NCBI GenBank assembly: GCA_028534125.1
Contig: CM052817.1
Span: 75,208,001-75,272,000 of the forward strand
Source of the DNA: Lama glama
Taxonomy: Eukaryota
Direction: 5' to 3'
Length of the DNA: 64,000 bases
The notes under the pieces were generated by a model. The model saw nothing but the letters and a program-made list of their open reading frames with translations. It did not search any database and was not told the origin of the DNA. Each line of letters starts with the position of its first letter. Position 1 is the stretch's first letter. Shown in pieces: positions 53,464 through 64,000 of this stretch. A program made the translations under genes and the position numbers.

Positions 53464-53972
53464 GCTTAATTTGTGGTTTCTATTAGGTTCTATTACTGGC
53501 ATGATGGTCCACAGCACTTAAATTAAGTACAGACGTTTTATCACAGCAACTGAAGAGTACGAGAATGGAAGCAGTAACAGTGAAATGTAGTTCAATTATA
53601 AAAATTCAATAGATTCTAAAACACATGTGACCAAAACAAATCACTGAGGAGAATAATTTGAAAATTACAACTGGATGTTATACACATTATTTGGCATGCT
53701 GCAATAAATATTACAATTATATAAATTCTCACATTAGCAAGAAATTAGCCAAATACTGCATTGTATATTATGCATCATATATTACCTGATAGTACAATAT
53801 TTATCTTTACAATGAGTAGAAACCAAATTATTAAAATATTTCTTTGAATAAACAACCAGAGAAGTCTGACTTAGATAAAGCACATCTGAGCTTTTCTAGA
53901 CAAGTTGAGGTCGTAAATTCATTCAGCATTGTTCATCATCTTAAAAAAAAAAGAGCAGAAGTAAACTCTATT

Positions 53973-54472
53973 TGTGATAGATCCCAAACATGGCCATATA
54001 TTTTTTCCAGCCCTGTGATCTCCTTGCCTTGTGACCTGCCCTACCGCTCTGAACCAGGGCCTGGCCTTGCAACTTACTTGAGACACTGTCCTGTTAGCAA
54101 ATGTGATGGAAGCAGAAACCTGACAATTACTTGCACAGAATGTCTGTCCTCTCTTACAGCTCCTGGGGCTCCTGCTACCATGAAAATAAGCCCAGTTGGG
54201 CTACCAGATGGTGAAAGACACTTGCCTGGTACCACCATCAACCTGGCTGACAATCTGCAAATGGGTCACATGAGCGAGGCCATGATGGAGCATCAAACCA
54301 CCAGATGATAGACTTGTTGACCACAGGTGCAAGTGAGAGTCCAGAAGAGATGAGCTGAGCTAGCCCAATTCAGAATAATTGCCCAGATAACCTATACAAT
54401 TATGATCTAACTAACTGATTGCAGTTCTAAGCCACCTTGTTTTGAAATGCTTTGTTACACAGCAAAAGCTTC
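53973..54472 (+). mobile_element. MLT1G/H-like MaLR LTR
   Basis: 'ggcctggccttgcaacttacttg', 'ttagcaaatgtgatggaagcaga', end 'ttctaagccaccttgttttgaaatgctttgttacacagcaaaagct'. Confidence 0.78.
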
Positions 54473-54965
54473 TCACAAGCTAAATATTATATGTTAGGAA
54501 TTGTCTGTATTATGCAACATGCCTAAAACGGAGGGTTATACAGCAGCTTCAACAATTGCAGAGGTAGATCTGTAACTAGCAGGATGAGTTATAATGATAA
54601 AACTTAAAACCATTAATTATTTTTTACTTATGATGTTTTTAATGCTGTTTTAGTTACTTTACACATACTAACACATTTTATTAACATGTCAACCTGATAA
54701 ACTAGTATTATTTTTATCTTTCTCATTTTATATGGGAAGCAATAGAGAACAGATCAGTAAGTGAGACAGGTAACTGATTTGAACTGAGGCAGTCTGGCTC
54801 TAGAAGCTGTACTCCCAGCTATTATATTGCTTCTTGTGACAGATATTCACAATACATTGTAGGATAAATAAAAGAGGAAACAAAGTGTTATGTAAATTAC
54901 AATCCACAATTTTGTTTAAAAAATGAACAGTCTGTACAAAGTAGACTAAGATAAGTAAATAACAT

Positions 54966-55542
54966 GAACATTAGTTTCCTGTTGCTACTGTTACAAATTA
55001 CTGTAAATCAAATGGCTTAAATAACATGAATTATTATCTTGCAGTTCTCTAGGTCAGGAGTCCAGTACGGGTCTCATCAGACTGAAATAAATGTATTGGT
55101 AAGCTGTATTTCTTCGTGAAGAAGGTAGGGGAGAATATAGTTCCAGACAATTCATCTTATCGGCAGAATTCAGTTCACTGAGGTTGCTGGACTAATGTCT
55201 TTGTCTTCTTGCTGGCTGTGAACTGAAGGTAGTTCCGAGCTTCTAGACACAACTGCATTCTGTCTCCTAGCCTCTTTCCTGCATTTTCAAAGGCAAGGAT
55301 ACTGGCTTGACAACTTCTTATGCTGCATCTTTCTGACATGCTCTTCTCTTGTTTTCTGCTTTTAAGAATTCATGTTATTAGATTGGGCCCACCTAGCTAA
55401 CCTAGGATAATTTCTTGATATCAAGGTATTTAACCTTAATCACATCTGTAAAATCTCTATATTACCACCATGTACGGTAACGTAATCATAGTTTCCAGGG
55501 ATCAGGCAGGGCCTCTTTGTGGGTTCTATTATTCTGCCAAAC
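54966..55542 (-). mobile_element. MLT1E/D-like MaLR LTR
   Basis: 'attagtttcctgttgctactgttacaaattac', 'ggcagaattcagttc', 'ttagattgggcccacc', 'ccttaatcacatctgtaaaatc', 'ctattattctgcc'. Confidence 0.85.
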
Positions 55543-56479
55543 ATATCTTTTAAAGATACATGCCCCAGAGCTGTTGTTCTTTCTGACTGATTTCAGTTTA
55601 TAGATGAATTTTGTTTGCTTCTTTTGGTTTAACCAAATTCTCTGATATTTCCATAAGGAGAATGTATTGTAACATTTATACAAAATTATTTGTATTCATT
55701 GTGTATTTCCTGAAAAAAAATATTTAGGGCATATATTTCAGTTACCCAAATTTCTGTATCCTTTAAATATACATACTATTATTTGACACTGCTTATATCT
55801 TAGGCTTGATTATTATTTTATTGCTATAGTCAAAATCACTGTGTCATATAGCATAAAATTGGACTTGTTTTCAAGTCTGTAGTATTTACAGGTTACGTTG
55901 TTTTTCTAGTAGTCATATCAAGATTTACTAAGCATTAAAGTTAGAAATTTAAGTTATTCTGACTTCCTTTATTAAACTATTATGGTATTATCAGGTTAGC
56001 CAAAGTTAATAATCCTTCTTGAACATCGTTTTATTTGCCTCCACACACAAATCTTGAGTTCAGTTAGTTAATTATCCATTCTCAAGTATTATATAAGTTC
56101 TTAGAAAACTAGAATTTTCAAAATCGTTATTACAATTAAGCATCCATTCATTAAAGTGCAGTTGTGATACTGTTGACTTTTTAAGCTCTTATTAACTCAT
56201 ACTCTGTATCTCTCTCCCTCTCTCTTCCTCTCTCCCTCTCCTTGTTCTTTTCTCCCTCATCTCCTGTCCTTAAAGTGTTATCGCTTTCCTTAATACCCTA
56301 GCACTTTTAGATTCATATTTCTAACTCCAGTTCCTTTTTTGGTTTTTGCTTTCTTTGGGGGCCTTAGATAACACACTGTGGGTCTTACTGAACTCCCATA
56401 CTATTGGCATTCTGTACTCATTACACGTGACAAGTAATACATGTAATGGGGTGACAGGAAACACTGGACATGCACAATG

Positions 56480-56664
56480 CATATATTTCTCCTGCTCACA
56501 TGCACACTCCATTGTTCCATCATACTTCACTTACAAAACTCAAATTCAAAAATAAAGTTAATAAGAATTTCATGATGGTGACAGCAGAGCACTATATTAT
56601 GGGTGGTGTCCTTAGCACAGGCCCACGTGACAGCACAGCTTGTACATCCATGAAAGCAGCCCTG
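56480..56664 (-). mobile_element. hAT-Tip100 DNA transposon end (MER91/Zaphod-like)
   Basis: 'cttcacttacaaaactcaaattcaaaaataaa...taagaatttcatgatggtgacagcagagca...ccatgaaagcagccctg'. Confidence 0.65.
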
Positions 56665-57635
56665 TCTCCCCACCCCCCCATATCACTCTCCCCATTTTCT
56701 TACTTGTGCTTCCTGTGATTACCTCCTAGACAAATGACTCACATCCCAAACCTTTACTCGTTTTATGTTAAGGAAATGATACCAAAACAGCAATAGTAGA
56801 GGCAATTATAATGCAATGCTGGAATTAGAGAGCACCAAGAGCCCCACTGCTGGTGACAAATGGGGTCAAACTGCTAGATCGGTAATGTATGATAAACTGA
56901 AGCACCATAGCCACATAGACCTTCATTTGCAGAGAATAAAATCAGGTGTAAGTAGAAAGGAAAATGTTTCATGCGATGGCTCCAGCACTTGAAACATATT
57001 GGAGCAACAGTAGCTATAAAGATAGTAAAGTTGGTTACACTTTGTTTACTGACCTAGAAATGGTGAAAAAAGAAGAGAGAGAATGACAGGTTTAGGCCAG
57101 CCGACGTCAATTCAAGGTACACTATGCAAGTCAGAAACCCTTCATGGCAAAATTTAGAGATACTCATATCTTTAGTAGCTAAAAGTCAAATTTTGCTGAA
57201 AATCAAACCCATGTTTTTATTTTGGGAGCTACAAAATTACCAAAGAGTGTTACATTCACAACCACAGAATGTGTTCACTGAAAAAGTTAATTCCTTAACA
57301 AAGAAGGACTGGGAAGCAGAAACTCAGGAAAAGACACAGGATAGACTCACTAGATTAACTTTGAACTTCAGATTTTTCTGAGTCCTCTGAGCTGGTGAAA
57401 ATGTGTCCTATCTTTTGCTAAAGAAGCTAAAAGTTACACTGCCTGAAGATCCGGGATGGCCATACCTAAGAAAGGCAGTACATTAATGATACTTTTCCTT
57501 GTGATCTTTTGCCTCCTGCCTTCATTACCCCTAAATTAATAAGTCAAAGTTTTGTATTAAGTGGGAAATACTGGCTATATTACGTGAACAAAAAGGTTAT
57601 TCATTTGCAAGAACTTCATAAACTGGCCAACATGT

Positions 57636-57903
57636 AACAGTAGAAGAATAAATTCTGAAGATGTAATGTATAACATGGTCACTATAGTTAATAATATGGT
57701 ATTGTATACTTGAAAGTGGCTAAGAATAAACCTTAAGCACTCTCAACCACAAAAACAGTGTTAACTATGTGAGGTGATGGATGTGTTAATTATTTTGATC
57801 TTGGTAATCATTCCACAATTTTTATGTATCAAATCATCACATTATGTACTTTGAATATATACAATTATATTTGTCAATTATTCCTTAAAAAGTTGAAAAA
57901 AAT
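57636..57903 (+). mobile_element. L1MA9/10-like 3' end
   Basis: 'aacatggtcactatagttaataata...gtattgtatacttgaaa...taactatgtgaggtgatggatgtgttaatt'; ends in an A-tail. Confidence 0.85.
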
Positions 57904-58075
57904 AGCACAAGCCAGGAGATAGCGTTAGACTTTGAGTATACTGCACAGAGGAAAGAAAAAAAAAGATATAAACCTGGCTAGCAAGAAAGTATATTGTTAC
58001 GGGAGTGATATCTGATGAATCATCTGATTTGATAAAAATCCTGCAGCCAGTCTTAATATACCACCAAAGTAGTTC

Positions 58076-58556
58076 TGTATCAGTTTTCCATTGTCATAAT
58101 AATACTGTAAAAGAGATGACCACAAAACCCAATGACTTAAAAGGGTAATAATCATTTCTTCATAAGTTAGTGCATTTTTCTATTCTAGATCCGGCTGAAT
58201 ATATGGCAAATGGATTATCTCAGACCCATGATATTGGCAGACAGGTGATCTGAATATAGTTGTTCAAGTACTACCTTGGTTCATGTTGTCTTTCATCCTC
58301 TAGGAGATTAACTTGTACTCATCCGGATGGTGAGACAGAGGTTCAAGAGAAAGACCTGAAATATGTAAGGCTCTAAGCTAGATACAGGTATACTGTCCCT
58401 CCTACTTCATTTTATTGGTCATTGCAAGTTAAAGATCCAGCTGAGATTCAAAGAGTAAGGAAATAGATTCTACCCTCTTGAGTTGCAAAGTCATATTGCA
58501 CAGAAATGGGTACTAGAAGGAGTAGATAACTGAGCCATTTTTCAAATAGTCTATCT
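58076..58556 (-). mobile_element. MLT1H-like MaLR LTR
   Basis: 'tgtatcagttttccattg', 'cttcattttattggtc', 'gattcaaagagtaaggaaatagattctacc', 'ttgcaaagtcatattgca'. Confidence 0.7.
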
Positions 58557-60374
58557 CTTTGAAAGCTTGGAAAGAGATATAATCCTCACTGCCTTGACAG
58601 CAAATTGAAAAAAGGAGTCAGAAGTGGGATGTGTGTGATTGGATGGATTTATTATGTGAGAATGAGAATCCTATCTGCATCTATTGTGCCAGATATAGTA
58701 TCTTTAGTAGAATAAATTTACAAAGTCTCCAGCATTTGATGTGCAGTTATTGATCTGGCAAATGTGTTTTTTCTAGTTCCTACCAGAAAAGACCTTTTGC
58801 ATGTTCCACTCTAGTTCTGAGAACTGCTCAGATATGGGAAGGAGGGATCAAAGGGCTACTATGTGTTTTGAGTGAAGCCCAGAGTAAGAGATAAATCTGC
58901 AACAGGTTCAGGTAACCATATAAGGAGTGTAGGCCAACTCTGGCAGGTGGGTAGCAGTGCAGACCACTAGGATATTAAAGTAAGGTCATGCCTTCTTAGT
59001 AAACAGTAATTACTACTGCTCTTTGTCAAGCAGCCTCTAGCATTCTCTTAGACGATAGAAGAGACTCAGTATCTGAAAATACTGCATCAAGAGATTATGA
59101 AATTATTTCTACCCTTCATAAACTGGGTTGTCAGATATACCACTTAATAAGTTTACACAGGCACAGTAGCAATCCATCACATGATGGAATTTGTTCAGTC
59201 GTGACTGAGTCACAGTCACTGAGGAGGTTGGGAGGGTACAAATAAGTTATATGAACAGTACCCAACATCAGCTACATTTACTGCACCAATACTTTTCCCT
59301 CAGCTAAGAGCTAGTTTCCTACAGTCAGCTGATAGAGGAGGGAAATATTGAAGACTAGTTCAAGGATGAGTCAGTGAAATATATATGTGATCTGAAAATA
59401 GACCACTGCCACATAAGGAGTAGCATTAAATGATAACGTTGAAGGGAAATACCCCAGGGGAAAGAATTTCAAACCGTATACGTGGTCATCAGTTTTGCAT
59501 GGAGGGAGAAATCACCTGAGATAAAGATACACATTAACATTTAGGCAGTGGAAAACATACTGACTAGGTTAGGAACCTAGAAGGAGCACTTCTCAATTCT
59601 TTGGTGGAACAATTCTTAGGCACAGTCCATGTGCTTCCTCAGAATTGTAGGCAGGATTGGTCCCAGCTGCCTATAGCAGCCACCTATTCATTACTGCATA
59701 GTTAATTTTGCCTCATTCATAACTTACTCTCCTTACTCCATCATTTGTATTTCCTGTGATTACCTCTCATGACTGCCTGCAACAAGGTCTTGTCTTATGA
59801 CCTGATATTAAGAAAACCAAAATATTGATAATTAGTGTCATCATATGGCTGTTTGATCTTTCATTTTACTAGTTCTCACAAGTTCGAGCTTTTCTTCATA
59901 TACATGCCAGAGTTAAGCATTTCCTTTTTTTTTATTTTTCTTCATTTTTAAATATCTTTTCTTGTTGGCTTATAAGAAGTCCTTGCATATTCTAGGTATA
60001 ATTTTCTTGTCACTTTTGGACATTGCAAATGTATTCTTCTAATACATCATCAGTCTATTAGCTTCTTCAGTGATGTCCTTCATTGTAATGAATTCTTATT
60101 TTTATATAATTATATTCATCTTTTACTCATTTTCTATTTTAAAACTATGGCTGAGCAATACTTCCCTTTCTTTCTTTTCTTCTTTCCTCTTTCTCTCTTT
60201 CTCTCCTTCCTCTTTCTTTCTTTTTCCAGTTAGCAGTATGGCTCACTTATTCATGAATCTTTGTTCCTTTATGGAAATTTTGGAGTAAACCTATCAAGTA
60301 TCTTAAAAAATACCCCACTTCAATTTTAGTAGAGTAATAAAATATATCTTATATTATTTCTTTAAATATATATG

Positions 60375-60650
60375 TCACCCAACATTGTTTTCTAAATGCC
60401 TTACATCCACTTGATACGAGTTTTTTTTTAAGATTATTTGCTCTTTGTTTCCAAAAGCTTTTAGAATTTTCTTTTTATACTTGATATTTCTAAATATAAC
60501 TATAATGTGTCTAGGTGTGTGATTTTCTTGATCTCTCATATTTATTACTCTATGAATCCTTTCAATTTGTGCATTTTTATCATTTTCTAGATCTGAGAAA
60601 TGTATTCCCATTATTTCTTCAACACTTTATCCTTTTCATTTATATGTCTT
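60375..60650 (-). mobile_element. L1/HAL1 ORF1 remnant
   Basis: Translation 'QIERIHRV...TPRHIIVIFRNIKYKKKILKA' is the ORF1p RRM/CTD signature. Confidence 0.8.
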
Positions 60651-61480
60651 TCCACTTCGTACTCCTAAACCCTGGCGCTGACACCTCTGTTTCTGCCATA
60701 GTGTATTTAAAGAGGGAAACAGTGAACAGCACTTTGCTCCTGCTCCTCAGCATTTCACTGTAAACTCTTGTAGACAGTGGTGAAAGTTGATGGATGTCCT
60801 TAGGTTGAAATATACCAGCCTCAGGGGTTCAGACAGGGAGGAAGACAGAAAGTGAAAGAACCAAGTATCAACAGTGAATATCAGAGCCTTTATGCTTTGC
60901 TTTTACCCCAACTACTGGCTAAGAGAAAGTCAGTATTTCCAAAGACAACCTGAAGAAAAGTCAAGGCAGATATTAAACATTTCCTCAACCTACTCTTTCA
61001 CTGCTGCACCAACCTAACCCTGGCTTCAAGCCACCGCCACTACTCAATACATATTCCACTTCAAGACAGACTTCAGTGTCTCCAAGATTTTTTCACAGTA
61101 GCATTGTTCATTTCTGTTAATCACATTTCCTGCTCTCTTTCAATAATTTTCCACCATTTTTTTCTGTAGCGAGGAACCAGCAGACTGTACCAGTTTACCG
61201 TCTTGACAAGAACTGAGAAACACTGCTAAGGTTCTTTCTTTCTATATCAAGCCTCTCCATATTTTTTTTTTTATCTAAAGCAATGTTTATACAGATGCAT
61301 ACATTGATCCAGCATTATTCTTGTTCATTACATACAACATTTTTCTTAAATTTATCTTCTTTCATAAGCCCAAATCACCTGTTTTTATATATATATACAT
61401 ATAGCTGTATCTATACAGATGCATATGTATATAGAATACATCATCTTAAATCACTTAAGTATGCAAAAACTCTACGTTTT

Positions 61481-61561
61481 AAATAAGGTCCCATTCTGAG
61501 GTACTGGGGGTTAGGACTTCAACATATCTATTTTTGAGAGAATACAGCTGAACTCTTAATA
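61481..61561 (-). mobile_element. MLT1B/C-like LTR 5' fragment
   Basis: 'aaataaggtcccattctgaggtactgggggttaggacttcaacatat'. Confidence 0.75.
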
Positions 61562-64000
61562 CCTACCACATATTCAGTAAACAAGAATAGAACATTTTTG
61601 AACATCACTAATGACTGCCACTTTTATTTTTCGATTTTTAAGTACTTTAATAATTTTTGAATACATATCTCTATAAACTACTGCATTATATTTTGAATAG
61701 AAATTCTTTAAAGTAGAATTACCTTGTCAACTACTCTGACAAATTTCTATGGTTTTGTTAAATTGAGTAAAATTGACTCAAATTATTGTTAAACAGTAAT
61801 TTTTAATGCCTACTAAGCTTTAAACATTTGCTACTTTGTTTTTGTATTGATTATCATCAATTAGGAAAAAACTGTACATTATTATTATTTTGTACATTAT
61901 TATGTCAATTAGCTTTCATTTTTCTTAGCAACATCTTCTTTCCTCAACAATTATTTGTGAGTGGATTATGCATGTTCGTTGAAAACTTTCTGTTGAAAGG
62001 TATAGGCTTTCATTTATTGATTATAGGTTAATTTATGTGTAGAAATATTCAACTTTAATGTAATATCATACCTATTTTTTCAGCCTTATATATTTAAAAT
62101 TTTATATCTTGTTATTTGACTTTTATTACCTTCATGTCATTTTAATATGAAGACATTTTAGTTAATAAATCTAACAATCTTTTCTTTCATGGTTGTTTCT
62201 TTTGCTCTTGTAACATAGATCACACATTCATCTTATAGTTCATCTGTAAACCAAGATCAGATATTCACTTGTAATTTCTTATGATTTTTCCTTGCCAAAA
62301 ATTCTAACTCATCCACTCCTTTTCATTTCTGTTACCTCCTCTAGCCAGTTTTCCAAAATGAGATCATGGTGAGATTGCTCTCTTATAAATCCTGTCTCCT
62401 ATAAAAATTTTATAATATTTAGTTGCCTTTTCCCCTCCCTCAGATTAGGAGGCAGCCACCACACAAGGTTTGTTCGCCATTGTCTAGCACCTAATTCAGT
62501 GCCTGGCAGAGAGTGGATCGATAAATAGGTTTTGAATAAACGTAAGAGTTGACATTAATACATTAATCTGGATTCAGTCAGTTTCTTTTTTCTTTTTTTC
62601 AGTTAAGTTTCTTGAAATTAATTCTTTAACAATTTAAATTTTTCTACAATTGGTATTGATCAATTCATTTTCACTCAATTTTGAGTCTGTTTAAAATTTT
62701 TTTGGAAAATACACTTTTTCATTTCAAAGTTATTACAGAATTATGTATATTATTTCCTTTTTGTTTATTTCTGTGGCAGGGCAAATTTTTAATTGTGATA
62801 ATTTTGTGTCTAATTAATTTATTGTTTGTGTTATCTACAGTATATTTTGTACTTGACTCCTGGATTAATTGGTTTCAAAGCATCTATAATTTCTGGTCAT
62901 CAAAATGGATGAAGTAGTATGAAGTAAATGTTGATTTGATGCTTGTGTTGAACGATCTCTACTTTAGCATCTTAACTGATATAATTAGCCAAAATAGTTT
63001 TATTATCTCAAAATGTGCAATGGATATTATTTTCTATAAAATTAAATTCAGTATAGGCATAGATAAGGAAGCATTTAATTGAGTCAGTAGCAGATGGTAT
63101 ATGAATACAGTTTTCCTTAGCAACAGTACATCAAGATTTCATATCCTTTTTTACACTGGTTTTAAATATATAATTATCAAAAGAAAACTCATCAATATTG
63201 GTCCCAATCTATCTTATCTGGGGAACAAAATGTTGACTTCCCCTAGATAACTTCTGGCAAATTTTATCATATATTTTATGTTTCAAGTTCCTGATGCACT
63301 AGTTTTACTACCTTGGGGTTGGTTGACAGTGTTAATTTTTATTTCAGCATCAATTGTACTTCCCTCTTTTTTTTTCTGTTTTGCCAAATTTATTGATTCT
63401 CTTCTATACTGATTGGGGGTCTTATTTATTCCTTTGCCATTTTATAAGGTTTTGTTATAACAGAAGAAAATTTCACAGAAAACTCTTCCCTAAACTCTCC
63501 AGTCTCTTTGTTATGAATTATACTGAGATCATAACCACTTTCAGTTAGTGTAAGTGTTCTGCATAAACTTGCAGATTTTGTATTTCTATTTATTTGAATT
63601 ATGAATGCAACAGAATCAGAAATCAAAACTCAGTTATTGCTCAGTAGCCTAACATATTTGGTAGTATCAAATCATTTGGGTAGTTTTTGTTGTATCAGAT
63701 ATATTCACTTAAAATTGCTTTGATGTGTAATCCCAAGTACACACAAGCAAATTCTCTTAGAAATTCTCAGTACAAATGATGTGATGAGCTATATTTCTGT
63801 AGGCATTTTCCATAAACACCAGTATTGGCATTTTTTAATGTTACATACCTGGACAAAGGCCATTTTTCTTACTTAAAGCAATGATATCACTTTGTAAATT
63901 GTTTCTGTAACTGAATGATTGCTTGTTCTGACCCTGGCTGTAACAAAGACCTGGGTTCATTAGCTTGGATAACTGCCCAGCATTACAAAGAATGCTGAAT

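Larger units (their letters stand above)
56690..59830 (+). mobile_element. LTR16-type ERVL provirus remnant (ERV3-16A3-like) with nested L1 and MLT
   Basis: Paired LTR 3' halves ('ttcctgtgattacctc' at about 56710 and 59750). RT motif VPDIVSLVE*IYKVSSI*CAVIDLANVFFLVP at 58686-58781. Confidence 0.75.

Noticed and set aside
53844..54308. Longest ORF (154 aa)
   Set aside because: It lies mostly within an MLT1 LTR, starts at TTG and has no recognisable domain.

Overview
AT-rich mammalian non-coding DNA, either deep intron or intergenic. It is most likely camelid, because it carries tRNA-derived SINEs resembling Vic-1 and cetartiodactyl-type L1 3' ends, with no Alu, B1 or Bov-tA seen. I recognise no intact host protein-coding gene: the listed ORFs are chance ORFs or retroelement remnants. 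The window is a layered repeat landscape of old L1M/HAL1, L2, MIR, MLT/MST LTRs and hAT MITEs, plus younger L1, SINE and U2 retrocopies with clear target-site duplications (TSDs). The best finds are: (i) a two-LTR LTR40-type class III (ERVL-like) provirus at 43947-48015 that keeps a decayed gamma-type env (CxxC, immunosuppressive-domain-like segment, TM anchor); (ii) a second LTR16-type ERVL provirus remnant with an RT motif; (iii) a young ERV LTR with 104-bp internal repeats spanning the 100-N gap; (iv) a 35-nt tailless U2 retropseudogene; (v) a CpG-retaining unique segment at about 52.5-53.6 kb with weak exon candidates. I cannot support a new biological system. Repeat subfamily names come from recalled consensus motifs, and the boundaries of old elements are approximate.
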